Assembly: GCA_051294375.1 (NCBI GenBank)
Contig: CM119263.1
Span: 16,641,661-16,705,660 of the forward strand
Direction of reading: 5' to 3'
DNA: 64,000 bases
Source of the DNA: Paraspadella gotoi
Lineage: Eukaryota > Animalia > Chaetognatha
Shown here: in pieces, positions 37,209 through 49,613 of the stretch
Position numbering within the stretch: the stretch's first letter is position 1
Layout: every line of letters begins with the position of its first letter
The notes under the pieces: model-generated
The model's input: only the letters and a program-made list of their open reading frames with translations
The model's database searches: none
What the model was told of the DNA's origin: nothing
Program-made: the position numbers and the translations under genes

Positions 37209-40200
37209 CAAGTATTCATCCTCAGATTCTTCTTCCCGGGGCGATAGTGTTAGGGGCGGCCCTCGGGTGGCCCGCGGGGCGGCCCCGAGGGGCAGCAATC
37301 CCTACCGCCTGGGGTGCGGCCCTGGGGCCCATTTTTTTGGGCCCCAAGGGGCCGCCAGGGAATCCCCAGGGCTATAAAAATCTTTTCCCGCGGCCCCCTC
37401 GCCCGCCCCCCCGCCTCGCCCCCCCCCCCCCGATGGTAATGGTGATGAATTTATTTGCCTGCCCCCCGAACGGGCTCTCTCCTCTCTCTCCCTCTCTCTC
37501 CTCTCTCTTCCTCTCTCCCTCTCTCTCTCTTTCTCTTACTTTACATTCTATACTACGTATATATTTTTTTTCTTTATCATTTCTTCTTCCATTACTTTGT
37601 TGGTATTTTCTAATCAGCTTACAACTTCAACTGTAATATTTTTTATTTTATTCAATTCATTCATTCATTTGCTTTTTTTCTCTGTACTCTCTCTTTGCAA
37701 TGAAAAAACTGAATTGCATATAACCTCCCGAATAGTACTGAAGTTTCAGACCTTTTAAAAAATTAAATATTCTGTTTTAAAAAAACATTTTTTTATATTT
37801 TTACATAAAATATGAATACAAAATAACAAGTTAACAATGAATGGAAACAAACAAATATTGTAATAGTTGGCTTGCATTTTCTTTTTTAATGACGTGAACC
37901 AAGTCGTGGGTCGAAGGGATCTTTGGTTGCTTGATCGTCAGAACGAAGACGCATTGATTCCACGTCGTGGCGAACATCAACGACGTTTGGTGCCCACTTT
38001 CGAAAAACTTGCCGTTCCGGGTTGCGCCTCTTCCTCGTCCTTTGGCACGTCTACGGTCGTTTCATGGGCGTAGCCACAAAATTTTTTCTCTGGCTTTCGA
38101 GAGAATACTGAGATCGTCTGTACCTAAAAAAAAATCACGACTTTCGTCTGCGTTGCAAAGCAAAGACCATCCTAGGTATAAGCGCAAGGTTGGAAAACCC
38201 AATAGTGAACAGTGAGATGCCTCATCCGCAATGGATCACAGCCAACCCGGCTGGTTGCCCATACAACTCTCGGAAAAGAAAGCCAGAAATCGTAAAGATT
38301 AAGTTTTAATAAATTACAAATATTGTCTTTGCTTATCTTTCGTTGCGTTTGAAATAGTAGAATATTAAATAAAATTTTTGTTTCGTTGACAGACAAAAAA
38401 AAAAAATATTTAATTCAACACTCACCAAGTTTTAAAGCGATCGCTCGATACCCGGTCTGGTCCTGAAGAGCAGCAAGCACCAACCACCGCACCGCATCCA
38501 ATTATGGGATGCGCTCTGTTGGCGGCCATCCTCTTCAGGTCCATTAGTTCTTCGAGATGTTGTTGCTGATATAAATAAATAACGGATCGGTCGGTATGCT
38601 TCGGGGCGGTACCAGTTGGCTGGCGGCATTGTTAGGTACATGTCGCAAGTAGTTTCGAGTTGCGGTTGACGACAAATGAATTGATTATGCCTCTTGATCT
38701 ATGTCCTTTTCTGTTTGTTCCGTGTCCTGTATGTATGTTGTTCTGCTCTGATGTTTGTTTTCCGCGATGTTGTTGTTCCTGCCAACGTATGTGTCTGCCG
38801 ACGTTGATTTGTTGTTCCTGCTGACGTTGTGGTCCTGCTGACGTTTGGTTCTGTGGATAAGAGCGCAGTGGGCTGAAGAGACTGATCCGTAACTTCTATA
38901 ACCCCCTTTAGTAAGCCATGGAACCGCGGGTCTGCTGCGGCTTGGAACCAGCTTTGCAGGGGTTGCCACGACGCCCCAGAGCGGCTTACGGCCGTCTCAC
39001 GCTCCCACAGGTTCAGGTCCCGTTGGGGATTGTAACCCAGGTTACCTAGTGGCAGATAGTCTGATGGCTTCCTTACTAATGACCCACCGGCCGTAGGAGC
39101 TAAGGCTCATCTTATAGGCGGGGTGAACCTAGGCATACATGCCCGACTACATGCCCCCCAGACTGTACACCACCGCTGGCACTGCTTCCAGTGGGAGGCG
39201 AGGGAGCAATCTTCAGCACTGTCAGTGGGCCTGAATTCAGGAAGAGTCTGGAATACGCTCGACAGGATGGGCTCACCCAGTGGTATAAGTCGGCTAAAGA
39301 TGGCGACTGAAAGAATGACTATCCGTTAACTTCTATAAACCCTCCTTTAGTAGCCATGGAAACGTTGGTCCTGGTGGCTCAGGCTGAGAGGTGCGTTGTT
39401 TAGTGCTGTTATGTGTGGGTGCTTGCCACGACCCCCCAAGGCGGGCTTACGCCGTCGCTCACCGCTTCCCCACAGGGTAGGCGTACCCGGAGTTGGATCT
39501 GAACTCAGGTACCTAGTGGTCCATGAGCTGATGGCTTTACTCCAAGAGAGCCAGCGGGTTCAGGACCTGAAGGTCTGCTTGATGCTTATAGGCGGGGTGA
39601 CTAGCAGATGCACGACTACAGTTCCTGCTACGTTGTGGTTAGCGCCGTGCGCCTGAGTTGTTCTCTTCGTTGCGTCTCTCTTGCCTCTAGCGTTGTGGTT
39701 CCTGCTGACGTTCTGGTTCCTTGCTGACGTTTGTGGTTCCTGCTGACGTTGTGGTTCCTGCTGGACGGTGTCTCTGGTGTGTCTTGCAACGTTGTCCTGC
39801 ACGTGTTCTGTGAGTCGTCCTGCTGACGTTGTGGTTCCTGCTGATCGTTTGTGTTCCTTGCCTGACGTATTGTTCCTGCTGACGTTGTTGTTGTTGTTTG
39901 CACAGTTGATTTCTTGGCATTCAGCTTGTTGCCTTGTTCTTGTTGCTTGCTTCTCCAACAGAATACTGATCCGCAGTCTTCCGCTAGGAATAACGAACGC
40001 TCTCCAACCCGTAAGTGTCGCTAGGAAGAACCCTTTGAAATCGAAATCAACAAATATTATTTACTCCTTTTATCGAGGAAGGAAAATGATGTTAAGTAAA
40101 ATACAAAAGCAGAGTGATAATAAAAGAACGGAGAGGAGAGAATAAAAGGGGAAAAAAGCAGTAAGGACATTAGAGAAAGAGAGACCGAGTCGAATGAGTT

Positions 40201-43200
40201 GAGAAAACAGGAGGAAACGAGCAAAAAGAGGAAAGGAAAAGAGAGCCAAAAGGAAAAGAGAAAGAAATAAAATATCTAAAACAAGAAAAAAAGAAAAAAA
40301 AAAAGAGAAAAAGAGAGGATGACAAAAGAGAAAAGAGAAGAGAAAGATACCAAACCGGATGTAAGAAGAGCTGAGAGACCGACAAAGAAAGAGAGAGAAA
40401 GAGAGAGAGAAAGAAAAAGAGAAAGAAAGAAGAACGAGAACAAAGAGAGAACAGACAACAGACGAGAAATCAGATGCGCCATGAAAGAGAGAAGAAAGAG
40501 TGAGAGAGAGAAAGAAAGAAAGAAAGAAAGGACACAGAAAAAAAAAAGTTCACTTTCATTTGTCTTCTAAAACAAAGCTTACTTATGCGCGACGTATCAT
40601 TTCAAGTGAATAAATTGCTTGGAGTTTGATCCATGGAAGAAAAATCTGGTAAAATTCCGGCCTTTCTCTGAGGTTGCCCCCAACCACAGATTGTTTGCTG
40701 CGTCGACTTTCCCCAATACATAGCGACAAACTAAACGGCGCCAAATACGTCCTATAAAAAAGACATGTATAATATAGAATGTTATGCTAAATTATAAGAG
40801 GAAAACCAAAAAGCATTTTCAGGTACGAACTCCGCCTACATTAATAAACTTAATCGAGGTCAATGCAAGGTCAATGAAAGCTCATTTAACAACACTTATC
40901 GAAAACTTACCCTCCCATCAGTAGTATGCTAAAATGTCGATAGGATTAGGGAACGAGGCGCGGGGCAATGATCGTCTCGAGAGGTTCAACTCGGCATAGC
41001 ATTTTGTTGACGCAAAAAACATAATGCTTATATTGATAAAAAAATTCTTGCCGAATGAGCTTCCAAATGCATTTTTCCAGTTCGTTGGTGCCCGGATTGC
41101 GCGTTTTAGAAATATGACCAGAACATTGATTTAAAATGATTTAGTTTTTTTTTTAAAAAACTATTACCTTAAATGTTGAGTGATCGAGGATCCGCCGATA
41201 GATGAGAAGAAATTCATCGTAGAAAACTTATTGTCAAGGCGCTTCTGTTTTTAAAGATTGGCAGATTTTTATGAGTTTTAAAAACTTTTTATTCATGATG
41301 CTGATGGAAGAAAAATTACGGGCATATTGTGAAAGATCCGTATGGAATAAACCTTCTTAAATCTTTTATCTTGAGGTGAGAATATTATGCTAAATAACAA
41401 CAACAGGGTAACAAGCAAAGAGGGTAGAGAGAACGAGAGCAAAAAAATAGGAGAGAAAAGAAGAAAGAAAAAAAAAGAAAATGAGAGAGAGAGTGAGAGA
41501 GAGAGAGAGAGAAGATGAGAAGAGAGAGAAGAGAGCAGAGAAATGCAATCGAAAGTTTTCGCGCTTGTTGAAGATAAGAGTATTTCCAAAAAAGACAGGA
41601 AATTTAAGTTCAAGATTTTGTCCTTCCCGTAGGAGGAACGAGGTTAAAGAAAGCTGCCCAAATTCCACGAAATATTGACCATATTGGCGATGAACGACTG
41701 ATGGATCGTTCGCAAAAAGGAAATTTTTTTTTGTGTTAAAACAGAGGCCCAAGAGACAGAGAAAAAAAAAGAAAGAGGGAATGACAACAACAATATCAAA
41801 CTGACGAAAGCTGACCTACCTCCTGACCTGACCTGACCTTGATACTAACCGTTTTATTATTTTTTTAAGTTCTGCCAATGCCTTTTTCCTCATTTTAGAT
41901 TTATGCTTTTCACCTTCAAAAACGTTTCTTCTTCTTAAAGTGCTACAACAAGAAGCCAAAAAAACTGAGAATAATTTTCTGATATTTCAACTGCTGTCGC
42001 AAAATGTGCCTTCCCAAATTCAAACCATCCTCAATTCAAGGCTTTCGAAAAAGCATTCTCGGTTCTTCCCCGCACACAAGCCTTAGTTGCTACGGCAGTT
42101 AGACAAAAAACTGTCGATTATTAAAATATTCTTTATATCATCTAACCAAAACCAGACGTTCATGGGACATTGGTTTTAATCTGTCATGCCCAGTCAGCCA
42201 AAAATTTCAAACGACGATCATTAAAGATTCTTTGTCAACTTGGTTTCTCAGATGAAGAGATACGAAATATTGCATGATTAACAACAAAAATTCATGAGCT
42301 GCATCATGCAAAGAATACGGTCCAGATTTGCATGTTGTTTTCAAATATATTCATTTTGGATTATAGTACACACGAAAACCACCGACAGTCGCAATTGTAG
42401 CAAGCTTGAATTCAGAAGTTATCCAACTTCTGACAGTTCCAGACCCTGATTCAGTTTTTTCTGAAGGCACATACGGTTCTACTGACGACAGGTGGAGCAA
42501 AATAATTTATTAATCTGTCAAAAGCAGGACTGCCAGTTCATAATAACTAATCTTGCAAGCATTGCGGAATATTTTACAAGAAACTTGGTGTAGAACCAGA
42601 AAACGCATTTCCTTACCATCTGAATCCAAGATGAATTACAAACTTTTCAAATTTCTTCTAAAAAAAAAAATATCACATATGCCTCTAAAACCAGAAGTTG
42701 CGCGTTAAAAATAGAGAAAAATGATTCACCGTGGTTGAGATCGATACCCCACTTCCATTTAATTCCACATGATGAAGGTGTTTTGAAACACGGCTTTCAG
42801 TTTCGCCGACGATGGACAACAACCACGCTAGAGATTTCCACTAATGCAAAAATAATACAGCAATCTACAATTATCCAACAAAACATTTGCGTATAGTGCT
42901 TTAGGCAACAAGTGGACCAATGCCGATTGTCTGGCAAGCAGCTATGATGGCCTCGATTACCGCTTCTATTAAAACGTCAACAATGAATTTTGGTTACCAC
43001 CACTCTTTTTTAACTTTTCTGCTCAATTTTTGGAAGGCCCTACATCTATATGCTTTTTCTAAGCAAATTCGATGTTAAACAAAATGCTACTTCTTATCCA
43101 GAAAATAGCCTTTGGATGTGATAAACATATACAGAATTACAAAAAATGCCATGGCAAGATATTAAATCTCCTTGAAATCTCCTTTTTTCGAATTTGATGA

Positions 43201-45650
43201 AAATTGTCCTGACAGTAACTGCAATGTTTCTACAGGCGCAGGACAACTTTATCTCACAAATAAGTATCAGTTTGTAGCAAATAACTACATGACCCTGTTA
43301 CCTGAAAAATGAGAAGGTTGAAAAAAACTCAGTGTGTCATCCCGTCTATATCAACGCCAGTTATAACTTCTAAAGATCTTCGTTGTTCTTCTTTGAAAAG
43401 TATTCTGAGAGTCGAGAGAAAAAAGAATGGAGAGTTAATTTTAAAAACAACCATCTTTAACGCCACCAGAATTATACACTTAGATAAATTCTCTCAACGT
43501 GCAGTGCGCCATCGAAACTCTGAGTAAGTTTATAGCAATGCACCAATTTAATGGAAGAAGAATTTTGCTTTCCTTCTTCCAGCGCCTCGCCTTATTTTTT
43601 TTATGCAGCTTCTCGCGCCTGATCCGTTGGCATCAGTTATTCAGACCGATACAGATTTTTCGCAATTTATTAATCAATAATTGCTACATGGTGAGAAAGG
43701 TTTGATACGACAGGATTTTCGAATTTTAGAAGAATTAAAAAAATAAACGTACCCCATCATCTACCACGCCTTATCAAGAATTATCAGTGCATGAACAAGA
43801 AATTGTTTTACAGAGCTCTTGTTGACATTATGAGTTGCTTCGTTAGCTTCTTTCCATTTTAAATGACCTCATGCATCCTTACTGAACCATTAGATATTAC
43901 CCAAAACGAGGATACATATTCCCTTGCTTCCCAGTTTCCCCTCGAATTCGTCCTCCCTCGAATTACGGCGGTGATCCATCTCAGATTGAAAAACCACGTG
44001 CAGGAATTTTGTCGTAAAAAATAGTTACGGACATCCTCCTTACATCCCGGCAATATTTCTACTTAAGTTGTCAACACAAATATCTCTTAGGCTTCAATTC
44101 ATGTAAAGCCGAGGTCCTCGGTTTATCATCATCTTCCTATATACAAGGTTCAAATCGTGCGCCAAAAAACATTATTCAATGATGACAATGCGTGAAACTT
44201 ATTTAAATTTTTCACAACAGAGAGCCAATCTTTTATTCTGATTCCATTTTTTTTGATCGACCGTTTTCATATTTTAAAAACCATACTCATTGCAGTTGTC
44301 ATCATTTAATATTGAATTCCGATCACTTCTTTTTCAACAATAAACTGCTCAAGGAACGGAACAAACCTAAACAGAATTTTTAAAACGATTAGTTTTCTTC
44401 AGTTTCATACATGAAACCAAAAAACTTCAAAACCTCTATGCTTTGCTCTTATGGCTTTTCATAATTATTGCGCCAAAAGCATTAATTATATCTAATCTTT
44501 ATTTTAATTTATTAAAATATTTTTTGTTAACGATTTTAAATTTGTCATACATTTTAAATGTATTGATGTCTGAAATTATAATATTCAACTGTTGTTGAAC
44601 TCATTTTTTTACTCTCACTTGCCTATAACAATTACAGAATATTCATAAAATTAATACGCGCCAAGCATCAATCATTATCTTTTGACCAAAAAAAGCAGAT
44701 ATGAGAGATGTAGGAATTAAAAACAAAAGCAAAAGTTCTTAAGTCTCATCGACCTTAAAAAAGAATAACTAATAATACTATCAAACGTGAAAAGAAAATT
44801 CGGTTGCAGTGGTCGCGTTGGCTTATAATTAAATAAAAGCCTATTGAAATATGTGTTGAATAACGATGAAGAGCAGGAAGCCGAACCCGTATTATTAAGA
44901 ACGGAATCTACCACCAAGGCCAGGAGAAGAGATGATTAGTAAAGTTATGATTACATTGACTTAGTGCCTCATACCAAGTTGACGAATAATTTTTTTTATA
45001 ATTTAAACGAACAACTAAACGTAATGAAGAATAATATATCGCATTGAGCTCCTGCATTTTTGATTAGACTAGGAGATTACATAATTTTATGTATCTTTTT
45101 AATATTTCAACAAAAACTATGAGAGAGAAATTGAATTGAATTAAGAACATATAATGTGAGCTTTAAGCTCCGTTTCACAATAACTGCCTTTAAAAGATGA
45201 ATAGTTCTAAGCGACTTTCTGATAACTACACTCAATAAGTAGGGCTTGTAATCGTCTTCTTAATTCATTCAAAAATACAGTATGGTGAACCTCTTTCGAA
45301 CTGCCGCAATTCGATGACAGTTGTTTCTATTATGGATCACCCGATCCCACACTGAGCTCTCTCTCTTTAACTCGCCCCCGGGCGCAGCATTATTTTGCTC
45401 CCCGACGGGCTACCCCCAGGAGCAGGCGTCTGTTTGGGCCCCGGGCGGGCTTAGCATTAGGGGCGCCCCTAATTAGACGCCAAAATGTTTGCCCCAGGCG
45501 AAACCCCGGGGGCCGGCCCCGGCGGCAATCAAGAGGGGCGCGCCCCTCAATGACCATTTTTCTGCTCCCCCCCGGAATAGTTCCGCCCCGGGCCGCCGCC
45601 CCTAGAGCCGCGCCCACGGGCGGCGATTTCCTGGGATGATGACATATCTC
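37209..45650. mobile_element. ~8.4 kb insertion in the copy 2 integrase C-terminus, with GC-rich loosely inverted ends (probable DNA transposon)
   Basis: CAGTGGCCAA at both 37199-37208 and 45651-45660; copy 1 is uninterrupted here; both ends GC-rich and share TAGGGGCGGC in inverted orientation; interior is noisy and no transposase could be confirmed. Confidence 0.65.
38765..39900 (-). repeat. Two diverged ~270-bp SINE-like copies (about 38885-39150 and 39322-39620) embedded in an 18-bp minisatellite
   Basis: Duplicated segment with B-box-like GGGTTACAATCCC on the minus strand; repeated GTTCCTGCTGACGTTGTG units. Confidence 0.5.
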
Positions 45651-46049
45651 CAGTGGCCAAAGCCATACTGAAGTAGAAATGGAAAAACAAAAATGTACTA
45701 CACCCCCCCCCCCCCACTTAAGAGCCAGTATTTCCCACTTTTAAAAAAGACTATTTAGTTTTTATACCGAACAATATTATGCTACAACCCAAGTGAAACT
45801 AAATCATTCAGCGCTCAGTTTTTTAAAACTCACTTTATCGTAAAAGAATAGTTGAGTGACGTAAATTATGTCATAGAGCCAGTTGAGACGAATGATGAGA
45901 CAAAGACAAATGCCCCTCGCAGAAAAGAAGCAAAAGTAGTCCACGCAAATCAATTGCGATTAGTGGCTAACTCCACAGGTGTCGCTGCAAAAGTAATAGA
46001 AACGAAGGGAGAAAACAAAAGACCCGTTCGAAAAAGAAAAAGATTATGA
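45651..46049 (+). pseudogene. 3' end of copy 2 pol (integrase C-terminal region)
   Basis: Matches about 3670-4055 of copy 1; SDVNYVI...VVHANQLR typical of gypsy integrase C-termini. Confidence 0.8.
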
Positions 46050-46615
46050 TTTAATGTCAGAAAGGACTGAGGGAAATCAAATATAATTATTCATTTATTC
46101 ATTTGATCTCACGCGACTTGGTCATTTGTCAGGGTGAAGCACTCAACAGTTGACCTTTTTGTTTAATTTTTACTTATGTTCTCTATGTGTTTTAACGGAT
46201 TTAATTTGTCACCTTTTCCTGGGGGAAGGGTGGTTTTGTTGTAATAAAAAATTTTTGAGTTGTTGAGATTTTCGTGTGTTGCTTCTCGTTTTCTTTCATT
46301 TTGTTGAAAATTCGCAAAGGAATTTGTGCCAAGTATTAAACTAGTCCTTACCTGATTTTTCTACTAAACTCTAAACAGTAAAGAGGCAAAGATTTTGTCG
46401 TTGAAGAGATTTAGGGAAAGGATTTCCCAAGACATTCTATTTCTGAAGATGGCTAAAATCTTGTCGTTATACAAATTTAGGGGAAAGAAAAATCTGTTTG
46501 AATATATAAAATTTTTATTGAAAAGTGTCAAATTAAATGAAATCATGAATTGTTGATTAACTCAATTCAAAAATGTCTGATATTTGTAAGAAGGTTGAGA
46601 ACGTATTTGATTTCC

Positions 46616-47393
46616 TTATCTGAATCTTTTAGGAAGTGATCCTTTGGTAGTTCTTGTGCTCCGCCGAGGAGGTTGACTGGAACTGAGATTAGACGAAGGA
46701 GTTGAGACGGAAGGATCAACTTGAATACATGGACTTGAATAAGGGATTTTCGGAATAGTATCTGGAAATATCTTGTCTAAAGTTGTTTCTTCCTCTTTAA
46801 GATCGAGTTCCTCCATCTCAATAACGGTTGAGGTGTTTTCCAAAGGATGACGAGTAGAAGGACGAAATAAACTAAACTTCTTTAATAGAAGAACGGCAAT
46901 AAGTAAAACAGCAACGATTAATAAGGCAAGGACGATCTGTAAGTAATAAAAGAATTTTGTTTTCTCAAAATATATAATCATTTATTTAATTCTGTTTAAC
47001 CTGAGACGGACCCAGTTGAAACCAAGAAGATGAAGGGAATGCCGTAATAGATAAAACGGGAATTGACGTGTTTGTAGAAGACGGAAAAGCAGTAGTAAGG
47101 GTCGTGGTTGAATCCGAGAACAAAGGAATGTTTGTTCGAAGAGAATTAAAAAGCTTGGACAAATGCTTCTGCAAGGATGAAATAGTTGACGTCACTATGG
47201 ATGTTGACGTTAATGGAATAGTAGAAGGCGAAGCTGATGAAGTCTTTTGAATTGGAACAGCTGACGGGCGAATGTTTAAAGTCTTAGGAGCGGCTTCATA
47301 GTCGTAATAGTTTGCCCCAGGATCCACAAAAAACTCATAAATATAATCGGCAAAGCTAATCGGTATAAAAATCAAAAAGAAAAGAAAAAACAT
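46616..47393 (-). CDS. Antisense cargo gene B: spliced mucin-like type-I membrane protein (intron 46937-47000)
   Basis: Signal peptide MFFLFFLIFIPISFA; YYDYE; S/T-rich stalk; in-frame splice to TM IVLALLIVAVLLIAVLLL-KK; tail ends RRSTRTTKGSLPKRFR; downstream AATAAA. Confidence 0.85.
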
Positions 47394-47476
47394 TTTTTAC
47401 AAGAAAATTGGTGATCGGTTCACCTAATTTTAATGATAAAAGCAAATTCTAATACAAATGTTTATTTACAAAGGAT

Positions 47477-48671
47477 TTACAAAGTAGTAGAAGGGACTGA
47501 AGAAGAAATAGTCGTAGTCGCAGAAGAAAAGGAAATAAAAGGCCTAGGAGGAGGTCTAGAAATGGAACTGAAAGGATTAATTCCCTGTAATAAAGGTGTA
47601 AAGGGATAATGAAAGGAAGGATTAAAAGTATTCCAAGAGTATGAATAAGGAGAAGGAAAAGAAACTCTATAACTAGGATTAGTTGAAGTGGCAGTAATCG
47701 TAGGATAAGTTGTAGAGGAAGTATTTACAATGGTTGGAATATAAGGGTAAGGAACAAAAGGAGGGGGAATAGGTAAAGGAGGAGGGGGAAAATGAGAAAT
47801 AAAAGAAGCTACAGAAGAAGAAGTTATAATAGGGACTGTTACAGAAGAAGTAACAGAAGAAAAAGTAACAGAAGAAGAGGTAATTGGCAAAGAGGAAACA
47901 ATAGAGGAGGAAGGAATGCTGTCATCGGAAGGTTCTCTTCCGATGGACAGGGGGCGTTTCCTCGTAACGATATTCTTCCTTGGTTTTGGAACAATGGAGT
48001 TACCTCCTCGGGAGAGATAACCCATAAGAGGAGGAAAAGACCCGAAGATCTTTTCCTCCTGCTCATTCTGGATCCTTGCCATTTCTGGAGTGGGTCGTCG
48101 AGAGGGATCGGAGATCCTTATTAGAAATCCCCCGCAGTAACTGTGAATATCATCCTCGGGAGCTAGATATTGTTCCGGGTTAATAATACCGCCCGGAACC
48201 CCAATGTGGCCCTCTATTTCCGTACGGGATCTTCCCGTAACATTGGCCACAGCGGGGTTTTGCGTTTCACGAGGATGACAAGCGCACTTAAGATAAAAGA
48301 AATAAATATATATATATATAAAGAAATATAAGAAATAATGGAATTACCCTTATTCCTGCGAGGCTGGATGAGATCCAGCGAAGTTCGGGGTCTTTTCCGC
48401 ATGACGAAGTATGTAAAAACCAGGCCGAGATCGTGGGTGCATTTCTACAGGAGGAAATGGGTTTTTCCTCCCTTGCAAAGGCGACCAGGCCTAAGCGAGC
48501 ATGACGCCGCAGGATGCGGCAGTCAAGCTGCATCATCTCGGCGGCCCCTACAAACTGGCCGAGATAATCTAGAATTTTTCGGACATCCGAAAAATCGGAA
48601 GTCACAAGAGCCACTGGCTCCTGTGACAATCCTTTTACAGAAGAGCTCGATGCGGAAGGAGCCACAGCCAT
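47477..48671 (-). CDS. Antisense cargo gene A: spliced unknown protein, globular Cys/His-containing N-half and S/T/P-rich C-half (intron 48287-48347)
   Basis: AGG|GTAATT...CTTAAG|TGC joins exon 48348-48671 in frame to ORF 47477-48250; AATAAA just after the stop; probable 5'UTR intron 48685-48727. Confidence 0.85.
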
Positions 48672-49245
48672 GATAGATGAGTTACTAAAATTTGAAATAT
48701 AAATATACCTAGTAAACATATACATACCATTCCTAAACTTTCGAAAACAGGACATTCCATGAATTAACACGGTTTGAGTTTGATCTAACAAATTATTACG
48801 CTTATCATTGCTTAGTGCTATTGTGCTATTGTGCTTTGATTTTATTGCTTTGATTTTATTACTTATTCATTACGTACCTTTTTGCTTGAAAAAGAACTGG
48901 GAAAAAACTATCAGAAATTCGTAAAATCTGTTGGCCGTAGAGAAACGGATTAAAGTCCCTGTCGCTTAAGTAGTGAAACAAAAGTAATAAATTATTTTCC
49001 TTGACATATTAACGACCCGGTGAAAGGATCGATTCCCCATTTTCGATCATTGTATTTCTTTGATGTGTTTTTTATAATTTTTACAAACACCTGGGTGTCC
49101 AGACAAATTTACGAGATATGTGTCTAGAAGATGTTGTTTATGAGCTGGAAAATTTCACGGGATGTTAACACTTGTGATTTACAATCGTCTACCGATCGAA
49201 AGATGTACTCTTTCAGTACAAAAAGACCCCTTCGCCCATTTTTCC

Positions 49246-49257
49246 TGAGGGGAGGGT
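49246..49257 (+). other. Polypurine tract of copy 2
   Basis: TGAGGGGAGGGT abutting the 3' LTR. Confidence 0.85.
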
Positions 49258-49609
49258 TGTAGCATCACGATCTTTGTTCTATTAATAACTAAATGGTCGA
49301 AGGGAAAATCGTGGGGGGTATAAAAATAAAAATAGAACCCAAGAAAAGATGATTGCGGTTTTCCCACCCACTTAGAGAAAGGCCGGCTTTGGATTTCACA
49401 ATCCCAGTGAAATCCAAAGATCCGGTTGCGCAATATCTTCAAGGGGGTCTCAGAAAGATATAAAAGGGGAAGGCAAGAGAGAGAGGAGTTCAGTTCCTCT
49501 CCACACCAAATTGCTTAACTTTTTGTTGTAAATAGAAATAAAACTTATTCAAACCTTTTTATTCTTCTTGGACAGCCTCAGTCAGAGTTCAGTAGCTAGA
49601 GACGCTACA
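49258..49609 (+). repeat. 3' LTR of copy 2
   Basis: TGTAGCA...CGCTACA; matches the other LTRs. Confidence 0.95.
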
Positions 49610-49613
49610 TAAT

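Larger units (their letters stand above)
31101..49609 (+). mobile_element. Ty3/gypsy LTR retrotransposon, copy 2 (same family, with nested ~8.4 kb insert)
   Basis: LTRs 31101-31429 and 49258-49609; TSD TAAT at 31097-31100 and 49610-49613; PBS and PPT present; colinear with copy 1. Confidence 0.96.

Noticed and set aside
39620-39900. CRISPR-like repeat array
   Set aside because: 18-bp units are adjacent or irregularly spaced without unique spacers; eukaryotic minisatellite, no cas genes
40600-43900. hAT-type transposase inside the 8.4 kb insert
   Set aside because: Sequence is too noisy; no catalytic or dimerisation motif could be read with confidence
46616-47393. Cargo gene B as a retroviral env
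   Set aside because: Antisense, short, Cys-free ectodomain with no furin site or fusion peptide; not a recognisable fusogen
168-49609. The two oppositely oriented ~9.5 kb repeats as giant terminal inverted repeats of the pPolB element
   Set aside because: Each has its own LTR pair, PBS, PPT and a different TSD, and each interrupts a different ORF, so they are independent retrotransposon insertions
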